Shown here: one piece after another, positions 56,152-64,000 of the stretch | Numbering within the stretch: the first letter of the stretch is position 1 | Layout: every line of letters begins with the position of its first letter | From: Candidatus Latescibacterota bacterium | GTDB taxonomy: Bacteria > Latescibacterota > UBA2968 > UBA8231 | Direction: 5' to 3' | Assembly (NCBI GenBank): GCA_965243025.1 | Contig: CBDETY010000003.1 | Location: 1,152,001 to 1,216,000, forward strand | DNA: 64,000 nucleotides | Translations under genes and position numbers: made by a program | Notes under the pieces: model-generated | The model's input: the letters and a program-made list of their open reading frames with translations, nothing else | What the model was told of the DNA's origin: nothing | Databases searched by the model: none

Positions 56152-58341
56152 TCAGGAACCTCCCAGGCGGTAGCTGGTCAGGTCGAGACGCGTGAACCGG
56201 TCCTTGCCCTCGACGACCTCGATGAAGGCATCCATGGGGACACTCGGGAACAGCTGGGTTCGCCCCGTCGACGGCCAGTGCACCTCGAGGTTCTCGATCC
56301 GGACGGCATCCCCGAGACCGATGGTCTGGCGCAGCGGGTTGGCGCCGAACGAGCCGCCGCTTCCGACCGACTTGTAGATGGATCGAGGCCCGTCGGGAGT
56401 ATCGACCGCGACCTTTATGCGCGCACCGATGGCGGAGCGGTTGGAGCCGGTTCCCACCAGCCTGACCGACAGCCAGCGATTGCCGAATCCCGGGTTTTCG
56501 TAGAGGGTGTCGCCGAAGCGGTCGCCCGGGTAGGCGCCCCCCATCTCGGCGAACACGTCCTGGTCGCCGTCGTTGTCGAAATCGGCAAAGGCGATCCCGT
56601 GACCCTTCTGCAGGTGCCCCATTCCGGAGGCGGCGGTGACGTCGAGAAACCCGCCGCCGCCGTCGTTGCGGTAGAGCATGTTGGGCATCAGGTCCTCGTA
56701 GTGCACGTCGCCGGTTCCGAGGTAGAAGTCGAGGAACCCGTCGTTGTCGATGTCGCCGAAGTTGGAGCCCATCGGCGTCGTCGGGCGCAGCAGGTTGAGG
56801 TCTGCGGCCACGTCGGCAAAGCCCCCGGTCCCGTCGTTGCGGTACAGACGCGCCATCTCGGCATCGTGCGGCAGTCCGAGATAGGAGGCGGCGAGGTGCT
56901 CGATGCCGGCCTCGTAGGAGGCGACGTAGAGATCGAGGTCGCCGTCGTTGTCGAAGTCCCAGAACCAGCAGGGGAAGCTCGACCTCGGCCAGGCCACACC
57001 GAGCCGCATGGCTGCGTCGGCGAAGGTGCCGTCCCGGTTGTTGCGGTAGAGCCGGTTGAACCCGTCGAGATTGGAAACGTACAGATCGGGGAAACCGTCC
57101 CCGTCGTAGTCCCCCCAGGCGACACCTTTGGAAAAGCGATGGTTGCCGACCCCGGCCTGGAGGGCGGTCTCCTCGAAGCGGCCGTTTCCCAGGTTCAGGA
57201 ACAGCTGGGAGGGTGCCGAAAGCTCCCCGGTGGACTCGTTGCCGATGTAGAGGTCGAGGTCGCCGTCGAGGTCGCAATCGGCCCAGGACCCGGTCTGGGT
57301 GGGATAATGCCTCTCACCCAGGCCGGCGGCGAAGGAGACATCCGTAAAACCGCTCCCGCCGTCGTTGCGCAGGAGTGAGTTGGGATGCCTGCCTGCCCTC
57401 CCTGACCAGGCGCCCCGCAACACCAGGGCGTCGACGAAACCGTCGTTGTCGTAGTCTGCCTGAACGAGGTTCAGCCCTCCGTAAATCCCCCTGAGTCCCG
57501 CTTTCCCGGTGGCGTCGGTGAAGGTCCCGTCGGCGCCGTTGCGGAAGAACCGCAGCTGGCCGCGCGTATCCCAGTTGGAGACGAGCAGATCGAGGTGGTG
57601 GTCGTTGTCGAAATCGTCGGCGATCACCCCCCCGGAAAGGCCGAAGGTGTCGACCCCGAGCCGGGGGGCGACGTTCAGCAGCCGCGGGAATTCCCCTTCC
57701 GACCGGAACGCCTCCAGCGGAATCAGAAGATCGGGCGGCAGCGATCGGGGGTGCTCCCCGAGGGTCATGCAGGCGATGTTGAGCAGCCATCGCGCCTGCA
57801 TCCACTGCTTCGAGCCTGGGGGAGCGTCGCGCAGCACCTCCCTGAAATGGGCGGCCGCCCGGCGGGAACCTTCCTCGACCTTGTGGATGCCTCCCGGCCG
57901 GATCGGCAGGATGCAGCTGTCGGTGGTGAAGCGCAGGCAGCAGTTCTCGGTCTCGCCCAGGCGCAGGTAGGCGAGGCCGAGCCGGAATTCCAGTTCCGAG
58001 GCGACTGCCGGGTCGCGTACCGGGAGCGCCATGTACAGGGACCTGGCCGAATCCAGCCGCGCGATCGCTTGCCGCTCGCGCCCCAGGTAGAGGAGGGCGA
58101 TTCCCAGCCGGTAGTTCAGGCTGGATCGCGTCTGGACGGAGGCGCCGGCTGGCAAGGTCGACAGCTGCCGCTCCAGGCGTCCGGCTTCGAAACTACCGAG
58201 GTAGGGATGCTCTTCCGGGGTGAGATCTGCAACCTGGGCAAGGGCGCGCACCATGCGCTCGTGGCTGGAACGCGCCAGTCCGGGCGTTATCTCTGCCTCG
58301 ACCTGGCCGGCAAGACAGAGGGTGGCCAGGACGGTCGCCAT
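56152..58341 (-). CDS. CRTAC1-family FG-GAP/ASPIC-UnbV protein with N-terminal TPR-like region
   Basis: LAYLRLGETENCC...SCILP, RWLLN; DFDND/DYDNDG repeats, HLQKGHG, NRSAIGARI...SGGSFG.NPL. Confidence 0.9.
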   Translation of the reverse strand: MATVLATLCLAGQVEAEITPGLARSSHERMVRALAQVADLTPEEHPYLGSFEAGRLERQLSTLPAGASVQTRSSLNYRLGIALLYLGRERQAIARLDSARSLYMALPVRDPAVASELEFRLGLAYLRLGETENCCLRFTTDSCILPIRPGGIHKVEEGSRRAAAHFREVLRDAPPGSKQWMQARWLLNIACMTLGEHPRSLPPDLLIPLEAFRSEGEFPRLLNVAPRLGVDTFGLSGGVIADDFDNDHHLDLLVSNWDTRGQLRFFRNGADGTFTDATGKAGLRGIYGGLNLVQADYDNDGFVDALVLRGAWSGRAGRHPNSLLRNDGGSGFTDVSFAAGLGERHYPTQTGSWADCDLDGDLDLYIGNESTGELSAPSQLFLNLGNGRFEETALQAGVGNHRFSKGVAWGDYDGDGFPDLYVSNLDGFNRLYRNNRDGTFADAAMRLGVAWPRSSFPCWFWDFDNDGDLDLYVASYEAGIEHLAASYLGLPHDAEMARLYRNDGTGGFADVAADLNLLRPTTPMGSNFGDIDNDGFLDFYLGTGDVHYEDLMPNMLYRNDGGGGFLDVTAASGMGHLQKGHGIAFADFDNDGDQDVFAEMGGAYPGDRFGDTLYENPGFGNRWLSVRLVGTGSNRSAIGARIKVAVDTPDGPRSIYKSVGSGGSFGANPLRQTIGLGDAVRIENLEVHWPSTGRTQLFPSVPMDAFIEVVEGKDRFTRLDLTSYRLGGS

Positions 58342-58419
58342 GCCGCCTGTTCGGATCACCGGTCTGCGGGATGGAAGCGAAGGATGAGGGCGTACGTGAG
58401 GAAAGGAACCCGCGGGCCC

Positions 58420-58456
58420 AAAAAAAGGGGGATGCACGATTCGTGCACCCCCCTTT
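58420..58456 (-). terminator. Rho-independent terminator of the 58493-59413 gene
   Basis: Minus strand AAAGGGGGGTGCACGA-A-TCGTGCATCCCCC followed by TTTTTTT, ~35 nt after the stop. Confidence 0.8.
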
Positions 58457-58492
58457 GAGACCGAATCGGACCGGAGGTCCGAAGCAATCAAC

Positions 58493-59413
58493 CTACTTGA
58501 CGAAGGCTTCCTTGATGCGTCCCCAGGAGTCCTCTTCCACCGCGGTGAAATCAACGCGCGGGTCGACCGGGGCGAGCAGGAAGTCGGAAGCCGAAGCCGA
58601 GGTCTTCCAGGCATCGGCGGCGCCGGACATGAACCAGGTCTCCACCGGCGGCTTCTCCTCGTTGGTGCCGGAGCCGTCCTGGTCGCCGAACATCCACCCC
58701 AGACCGATGATGTTCTCCTCGGTGAGGTCGTGCTGGACCGAGGCGCCCGGATCGTTCCAGATGAACTCGTCCCACATCACGCGGTTGAACTCGATGTAGA
58801 CGGTTGCCTCGCCCTGGTTCAGCTGTCCGTCGATCTGGAAGCCCCAGTCCATGTACTCGGGCTGGTCATGCCAGGTCGACTGGCTGACCCAGAACCACGC
58901 CCAGGTCTCGCCGCCTTCGCCGGTGCTGCCGGGAAGGTCCGGGAAACGGGTGTGGTAGGTCTGCGCATAGCGGCCCATGTTCAGGGCGCGCTCGTCGGCA
59001 TCCGGAAAATCGTCGCCGCTTACCCAGAAAGGCTCGCCGCCGTGGTCGCCGTCGTGATGCATCTCGATGGTGTCATCGCCGCCGGCTCCGCCGCCGACGC
59101 CGTCGCGATCGTAGAAATCATCGAAACGCTGGTCCATCACATAGAGCTTGTTCTCGCTCTCGCTCCAGCCGACGATGACTTCGGAGTTGAGATCGCTGAA
59201 GTCAGTCGGGGGGTTGCCTTCGCCGTCGAGGCAGATCGAGAAGGGGATGCGGTAATCGTCCGGAACGATTTCCCATTCCGAAAGGTCCCCGTCCAAGGTC
59301 GGCTCGGTGCCGGCCGGCCACTGGAAGGCCTGATGGACGACCCCTTCGGGAGCATGGGCGAAGGCGGCGGATGCCAGACCCAGGCTCAGGACTAAGGTGA
59401 GAAGGCGCTTCAT
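58493..59413 (-). CDS. Secreted DOMON/CBM9-like acidic protein with C-terminal TAVE..SWG.IK tail
   Basis: Signal MKRLLTLVLSLGLASAAFA; P.LDGDLSEW, VGW...NKLY, DD..E...DGD; ends FTAVEEDSWGRIKEAFVK; GGAGG RBS. Confidence 0.75.
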   Translation of the reverse strand: MKRLLTLVLSLGLASAAFAHAPEGVVHQAFQWPAGTEPTLDGDLSEWEIVPDDYRIPFSICLDGEGNPPTDFSDLNSEVIVGWSESENKLYVMDQRFDDFYDRDGVGGGAGGDDTIEMHHDGDHGGEPFWVSGDDFPDADERALNMGRYAQTYHTRFPDLPGSTGEGGETWAWFWVSQSTWHDQPEYMDWGFQIDGQLNQGEATVYIEFNRVMWDEFIWNDPGASVQHDLTEENIIGLGWMFGDQDGSGTNEEKPPVETWFMSGAADAWKTSASASDFLLAPVDPRVDFTAVEEDSWGRIKEAFVK

Positions 59414-59515
59414 ATCGGTGATTTTCCTCCGTCAGAGATTGCGATTGGCGCCAAACAAGCCGGGAAATTACGGCAAAACCCCGGAAAATCCAAATCCCTC
59501 CCGGGGCAGGGCGGA

Positions 59516-61078
59516 TCAGGGTGACGCGAGTCTTGCCAGCCCCTGCCTGGCCTGCTCCTTCAGGTTCTCGCTCCCTGTCCACCTGCCGAGAAAGCTTGCG
59601 TACGCTTCCCGGGCGGCGGCGCGGCGGCCGAGCTGCTCCTGCGCTTCGGCCAGGGCGAGGAAGGCTTCGCTGCGGCCGGGGTCGAGCTGCAGGGTCCTCT
59701 CCAAATGGGGGATTGCCTCCTCGAATTTCGTCTGGAGCATGCGGACGGTGCCGAGTCCGTGATGCGCGGCGGCGAGTCCGGGATCGATTCCAAGAGCTGA
59801 TTCGTACGCCGCGGCCGCCCGGGGATAGTCCCCCTGCAAGGTGAGGACCTTTCCCAAGTTGAAATGGAGACCGGAGCTGCCGCGCTCCAGTGCGAGGCCG
59901 TCGAGCAGGGCCTGCGCTGCCTGTCCCAGATCACCGGACCGCGCCAACGCCAGCCCCAGGACCGAATAGGCTCTCGCGGCGGCTTCCGGTTCGGGGCTCA
60001 GGGCGATCACCCGGCGCGCCAGCCGCGCCGCTTGCGCGAGGTTCCCCTGGTTCAGGTGAAGCTGCGCCATCCTTTCCAGTGCTTCGACCTTTACCGGATC
60101 CCGCTCCACGACAGCGGCGTAGGCGTCGAGCGCTTCCTGGCTGCGCCCCATCCGCTCGAGAATCTCCCCCAACGCCAGACGCGCTTCCAGATGGTCGGGG
60201 CGCTCGGCGATCCCGGTCCGCAGGGTCTCGGACCGTTCCTCGAGCCGGTCGAGGTGCTCGAAGCGGTCTCGATGGGTTTCCGCCTCCTCGCTCCGGCCGA
60301 TCAGTTCCAGCAGCTCTCCCAGGTCTCGATGGGCCTCGGCGTTGGTCGAGTCGAGCCGTATCGCCGTCTCCAGGGCGGCGACCGCCCGGTCGGCCTGCTG
60401 CGACTCGACGTAGGTGTTCCACAGCCCCTTCCAGCTCTCCCTGTCGAGGGAATCCAGGCCGACCGCCGACAGAAGCTGTTCCTCGGCGAGGCCGTAGCGC
60501 CCCTGCTTCCGGTAGAGGTCGCCGAGGTTGCGGCGGCTCCCGGCATCTTCGGGGTCGATCCGCAGGGCCGCCAGCAAGGCCTGTTCCGCCGCTTCGAAGC
60601 GGTGCTGCTGCCCGTAGATGAAGGCGAGCGAGCGGTGCGCCCCGGCGTTGGACGGATCGAGACGCAACGCCTTCCGCAGCTGCTCGACCGCATCGTCGTA
60701 GCGGCCCTGTTCAAGGCAGGCGATGGCGAGGTTGTGGCGGGCGGGAACGTCCGTCGAGTCGAGCCTGATTCCGCGCCTGTAGGCCGTTTCCGCCTCGGAA
60801 AAATACTTGAGCTGGAGATAGGTGTAGCCGAGGCCGAAGTGCGCCTGCGCACGGAGGGAGTCCCCGGCGACCGCCTTGCGGAAAAGTTCGAGGGCGTCGT
60901 CGTAGCGCTGCTGCTGCAGGTACACCCTTCCAAGCGCGAGCAGCTGGTCGAGCTGCCCGGAGTCGCTGCCGGGCTGCCCCCTGTCGCCGGCGCAGGCGAC
61001 GAATGCGATGGCTGCCGCCGCGATCGAGGCGCTGCGTCCCAGGGATGCGATGGAATGTTTAGAATTGTGAGTCGGCAT
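59516..61078 (-). CDS. Tetratricopeptide-repeat lipoprotein
   Basis: AFVAC lipobox; more than 10 TPR-like units; similar C-terminus to 54600-56150. Confidence 0.88.
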   Translation of the reverse strand: MPTHNSKHSIASLGRSASIAAAAIAFVACAGDRGQPGSDSGQLDQLLALGRVYLQQQRYDDALELFRKAVAGDSLRAQAHFGLGYTYLQLKYFSEAETAYRRGIRLDSTDVPARHNLAIACLEQGRYDDAVEQLRKALRLDPSNAGAHRSLAFIYGQQHRFEAAEQALLAALRIDPEDAGSRRNLGDLYRKQGRYGLAEEQLLSAVGLDSLDRESWKGLWNTYVESQQADRAVAALETAIRLDSTNAEAHRDLGELLELIGRSEEAETHRDRFEHLDRLEERSETLRTGIAERPDHLEARLALGEILERMGRSQEALDAYAAVVERDPVKVEALERMAQLHLNQGNLAQAARLARRVIALSPEPEAAARAYSVLGLALARSGDLGQAAQALLDGLALERGSSGLHFNLGKVLTLQGDYPRAAAAYESALGIDPGLAAAHHGLGTVRMLQTKFEEAIPHLERTLQLDPGRSEAFLALAEAQEQLGRRAAAREAYASFLGRWTGSENLKEQARQGLARLASP

Positions 61079-61112
61079 TGATCTGGAAATGTAAGGCACC
61101 GATGGAGGCTGG

Positions 61113-62315
61113 ATGCCCAGCTGCTGCCAGGCCGCACGGCTTCTTTGCGCCACCGCGCGGTTCCCGTTTCCCGCCGCCCTTCCCATCCTGCTCGCCCTCG
61201 CCGCGGCCTGCGGACGGGGCGGCCCGGCCCCGCGCGACGACACCAGCTACCTGGTGTACCCTGGCGGGGAAATACAGCCCGCCCTCGAAGCCGCGGCAGC
61301 GGATCCGGTCCGCAAAATCGTCAAGGTCCACGCCGGGACCTACCGGCCGCAGCGGCCCGGGCAGGCGATGATCTGGTTCAACGCCCGCCACGACGGCATC
61401 ACCCTGGAAGCGGCTGGCGAAGTCGTGTTGACCGCGGCAAACCCCGATATCGCCGACCCCGAGGCCGACAGTTTCCCCGCGGTCGTCAACCACGTCGTCT
61501 ACTTCGGCGACGGGGTTTCGGCGAACACGGTCCTGCGGGGATTCGAGGTCACCGGCGCCAACCACTTCGTCACCCACCTGGAGGAACCGGAAGATATTCA
61601 GCCCCACAGCGAGGACGTGATCTGGAAGAAGGGGATGTTCTTCTACACCGACGGCGGCGGCATCAAGGTTTTCGGCCGCTCCTATCCGACCATCGACCGG
61701 GTCGTGGTGCGCGGCAACTACACCAGTCCCTGCGGCGGCGGGGTGTCGATAGAGCACCGCGGTTTCAACGACAGGGAAGCGGTGTTCACCGACTGCATCT
61801 TCCGCGGCAACCGCTGCCAGGTCACCGGTTCGGCCGTCGACGTGCTCGCCGGCAGCGCCGCGGTATTCGAGAACTGCCTTTTCGTCGGAAACGTCTCCAA
61901 CACCGGGGTCGACTACATCGGCCGCCGGGACGGCTACGAGTACAACGTCGAGCACGGCTCCGGCGCCCTGACCGTGTTTCCGAATTCGCGGGTCGAGGTC
62001 CGCGGCTGCACCTTTACCGGCAACTGGAACGGCGCCGACGACAAGGGGACCGGTTCGGTGTACACGCGGTCGATCTTCTGGAGAAACAACCTGCCGGGGG
62101 GCATTTCTCCCGGCCTTCGCTACGAGCTCGACATCCTCGACGGCGCCGGCGTCAGCGGCTGTTTCATCAACGGCGAAATCGAGGACCTGCGGGGCACCCT
62201 GGACCCGGAAACCAACGAGATGTCTGCACCGGACCCGGATTTCGACGCCGCTTTCAGTCCCCGAAACCCCGCCTACGCAGGGACAGGCTACCGGCCTCCC
62301 CCGGAATTCCCGTAG
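61113..62315 (+). CDS. Right-handed beta-helix repeat lipoprotein
   Basis: LAAAC lipobox; IQ.ALE.A...V.AGTY, LRGF.VTG, GGGI, NC.F.GN repeats, SIFW.N. Confidence 0.8.
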   Translation: MPSCCQAARLLCATARFPFPAALPILLALAAACGRGGPAPRDDTSYLVYPGGEIQPALEAAAADPVRKIVKVHAGTYRPQRPGQAMIWFNARHDGITLEAAGEVVLTAANPDIADPEADSFPAVVNHVVYFGDGVSANTVLRGFEVTGANHFVTHLEEPEDIQPHSEDVIWKKGMFFYTDGGGIKVFGRSYPTIDRVVVRGNYTSPCGGGVSIEHRGFNDREAVFTDCIFRGNRCQVTGSAVDVLAGSAAVFENCLFVGNVSNTGVDYIGRRDGYEYNVEHGSGALTVFPNSRVEVRGCTFTGNWNGADDKGTGSVYTRSIFWRNNLPGGISPGLRYELDILDGAGVSGCFINGEIEDLRGTLDPETNEMSAPDPDFDAAFSPRNPAYAGTGYRPPPEFP

Positions 62316-62360
62316 ATTGTTGTGGACCGCGACACCCACATGGGACGCGGGAGACCCGAG

Positions 62361-64000
62361 ATGACACCACCACGACTGCTGGCAATGGCGCTGATTCTTT
62401 CCGGGGCGACCGCGGCGCAGGCCCTGACTCTGTTCCGTATCGGCGGGGAGGAGCTTCCCGAGCCGGAGCTCGAGGCGCCGTTCGACTTCGTTCAACTGCC
62501 CTGGGAAGGGATCGACGAGAATCAGTTCGGGGGCATGATCAACCTCGAACTGCAGCCCGGGTTCATCTCCCCGGAGTTCGCCGATTCCGAGGTGAATCTC
62601 ACGCCTTCGACGCTGGAGGGGAATTTCCGCTACAAGGACCTGGGCGGCGACTGGCAGATCCCCGAGCGCGTTCCTCAGTACATCGACCGCCGCTGGTCGG
62701 TCCGCTTCGCCGACGCCGACCCGAACTCCTACTACGCCGACGACCGCAGCATCGAATACCTGTTCGACTTTCAGAGACAGGTGCACCTCAGCCGCATCCG
62801 CTTCTACACCCGGGTGGACGACGGCACCATCGTAACCTGCGGTTTCGGGAGGAACCAGGCCGGCAGGGGATGCCGCAGCGGCAATCTCGAACCTATCCCC
62901 GAATTCCTCATCGGCACCAGTGACGGCGACCCCGCAAAAGAAGGGAGCCGCCCCTTCATGCCGCGGTATCATCAGCGCGTCGGCCCGGGAGAGCGCTACG
63001 ATTTCGACGTCGTGTACGAAGGCCAGGGACGCGACCTCGTCGACCTGAATTTCCCGTCGATTCCGACTCAGCGCCTGCTGTTCAAGATTGCCGGACAGCA
63101 GGGAGTGGAATGGGAGATCGCCGAGTTCGAGATCTACGCCAGCGGTTATGCGCCGACCGCCCGCTACACCTCCAACGTCATCGACCTGGGGGAGGAGTTC
63201 AGCCTGGGAGACCTTGCCTGGGCGGGGCTGCAGGGAAGCGACCCGGACAGTCGCGTCGAAATCACCATGCGCAGCGGCGACGACGAACAGCCCAACGTTT
63301 ACTGGCGCCGGACTTTCCGGGGGGACGAGCAGGTCCCCTTTTCGAGCAGGGGCGCCCCGCTCACCCCCGCGGCCTACAACCGGCTGGAGCCGCCCGAGAA
63401 AGGGGACATCCGCCACGACAACGAGAACTGGGTGACCTGGAACGCCGCCTACGACTTCGCTCCCGGCAGGGGGCGCGCCAACGCCGACCGCCCGCGGCGC
63501 TACGTCCAGTTCGATGTCTCGTTCCTGTCGACCCCCGAGTCTGGGGGACAGGTGCAGTACCTGCAATTCCCCGCCTCTCCCCCACTGATCACGGAAGCCC
63601 CGGCGGAGATCACCCCGGCCGCCGCGCCGGTGGGGGAAGTTACTGCCTTCACCTACCGGATCAGGCCCCGGCTCGAGCCGGGAGACGGAGGTTTCGACGG
63701 CATAACAATCGAAACACCGGCGCAGATCGTCGCGGTGGAGCCAGTGGGGCGAATCGGCGGCAGCGAAGTCGAGGTCGAGGTCATACGAATGGACGAAGAG
63801 GGTTTTGCCGTTCAGATTCCCCGCGTCGACATCGAGCGCACCGAAGAGCTGGTCGAGGTCACTTTCCAGGCCCGGGTGTTCGAGTACGACACCCCCTTCA
63901 TCGCCCGCCTTTCCGACAGCGAGACCCCCTTCGAGGTTCCGCAACCGGTCACCGAAGGGGACGCCGACGAGGCGACCGACAGCAACCGCCTGCGGGTTGC
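62361..64000 (+). CDS. Secreted protein of the same family as 46070-48238, running off the window end (absent from the ORF track)
   Basis: ATG 62361: MTPPRLLAMALILSGATAAQALTLFRIGG; later WEIAEFEIYASGYAPTARYTSNVIDLG, MRSGDDEQP, RYVQF, EITP...FTY.I.P, GFD.I.IETP. Confidence 0.8.
   Translation, partial: MTPPRLLAMALILSGATAAQALTLFRIGGEELPEPELEAPFDFVQLPWEGIDENQFGGMINLELQPGFISPEFADSEVNLTPSTLEGNFRYKDLGGDWQIPERVPQYIDRRWSVRFADADPNSYYADDRSIEYLFDFQRQVHLSRIRFYTRVDDGTIVTCGFGRNQAGRGCRSGNLEPIPEFLIGTSDGDPAKEGSRPFMPRYHQRVGPGERYDFDVVYEGQGRDLVDLNFPSIPTQRLLFKIAGQQGVEWEIAEFEIYASGYAPTARYTSNVIDLGEEFSLGDLAWAGLQGSDPDSRVEITMRSGDDEQPNVYWRRTFRGDEQVPFSSRGAPLTPAAYNRLEPPEKGDIRHDNENWVTWNAAYDFAPGRGRANADRPRRYVQFDVSFLSTPESGGQVQYLQFPASPPLITEAPAEITPAAAPVGEVTAFTYRIRPRLEPGDGGFDGITIETPAQIVAVEPVGRIGGSEVEVEVIRMDEEGFAVQIPRVDIERTEELVEVTFQARVFEYDTPFIARLSDSETPFEVPQPVTEGDADEATDSNRLRV

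Noticed and set aside
59436-59456. Sigma54 promoter (TGGCGC...GC) upstream of the DOMON-like gene
   Set aside because: GG to GC spacing is 2 nt shorter than required; only a TTGGCGCCAA palindrome remains
61059-63944. 961-aa minus-strand ORF
   Set aside because: Shadow of the beta-helix gene and the plus-strand gene from 62361 that runs off the window
1-64000. Mobile elements, prophage, tRNA or rRNA genes
   Set aside because: No transposase, integrase or phage motifs, terminal inverted repeats or tRNA cloverleaf seen by eye; a tRNAscan/Rfam run would be needed to exclude small RNAs

Overview
GC-rich, gene-dense window from a diderm bacterium (lipoboxes, predicted outer-membrane barrels, ABC-F). 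The gene content (5 PhyH dioxygenases, 4 CRTAC1/ASPIC-UnbV proteins, DUF6785-like membrane proteins, FlgD-Ig/T9SS-like C-terminal tails) resembles Latescibacterota/Poribacteria-type genomes; this is an inference. About 48 CDS were seen and no rRNA, tRNA, CRISPR or transposase. Highlights: (1) a probable secreted selenoprotein split by the ORF track at an in-frame TGA that forms a U-P-Y-C motif, with a SECIS-like hairpin and a T9SS-A/FlgD-like tail, coupled to a TlpA gene and near a DUF6029-like barrel ending in CxxxxC; (2) archaeal-type pantoate kinase plus phosphopantothenate synthetase next to comA; (3) a tandem gene pair in which one copy carries a 17 x 33-bp hendecad array built from three unit types; (4) a ~22-kb co-oriented minus-strand run (two FlgD-tailed secreted proteins, two paralogous ~950-aa putative OM proteins, a parvulin-like lipoprotein, CRTAC1, PhyH, two DUF6785-like transporters, an Asp-box hydrolase, two epimerases) that looks like an uncharacterised envelope uptake or secretion system. 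Smaller signals: a three-way-junction intergenic structure and two gene remnants. All family assignments come from reading motifs by eye, not from database searches.
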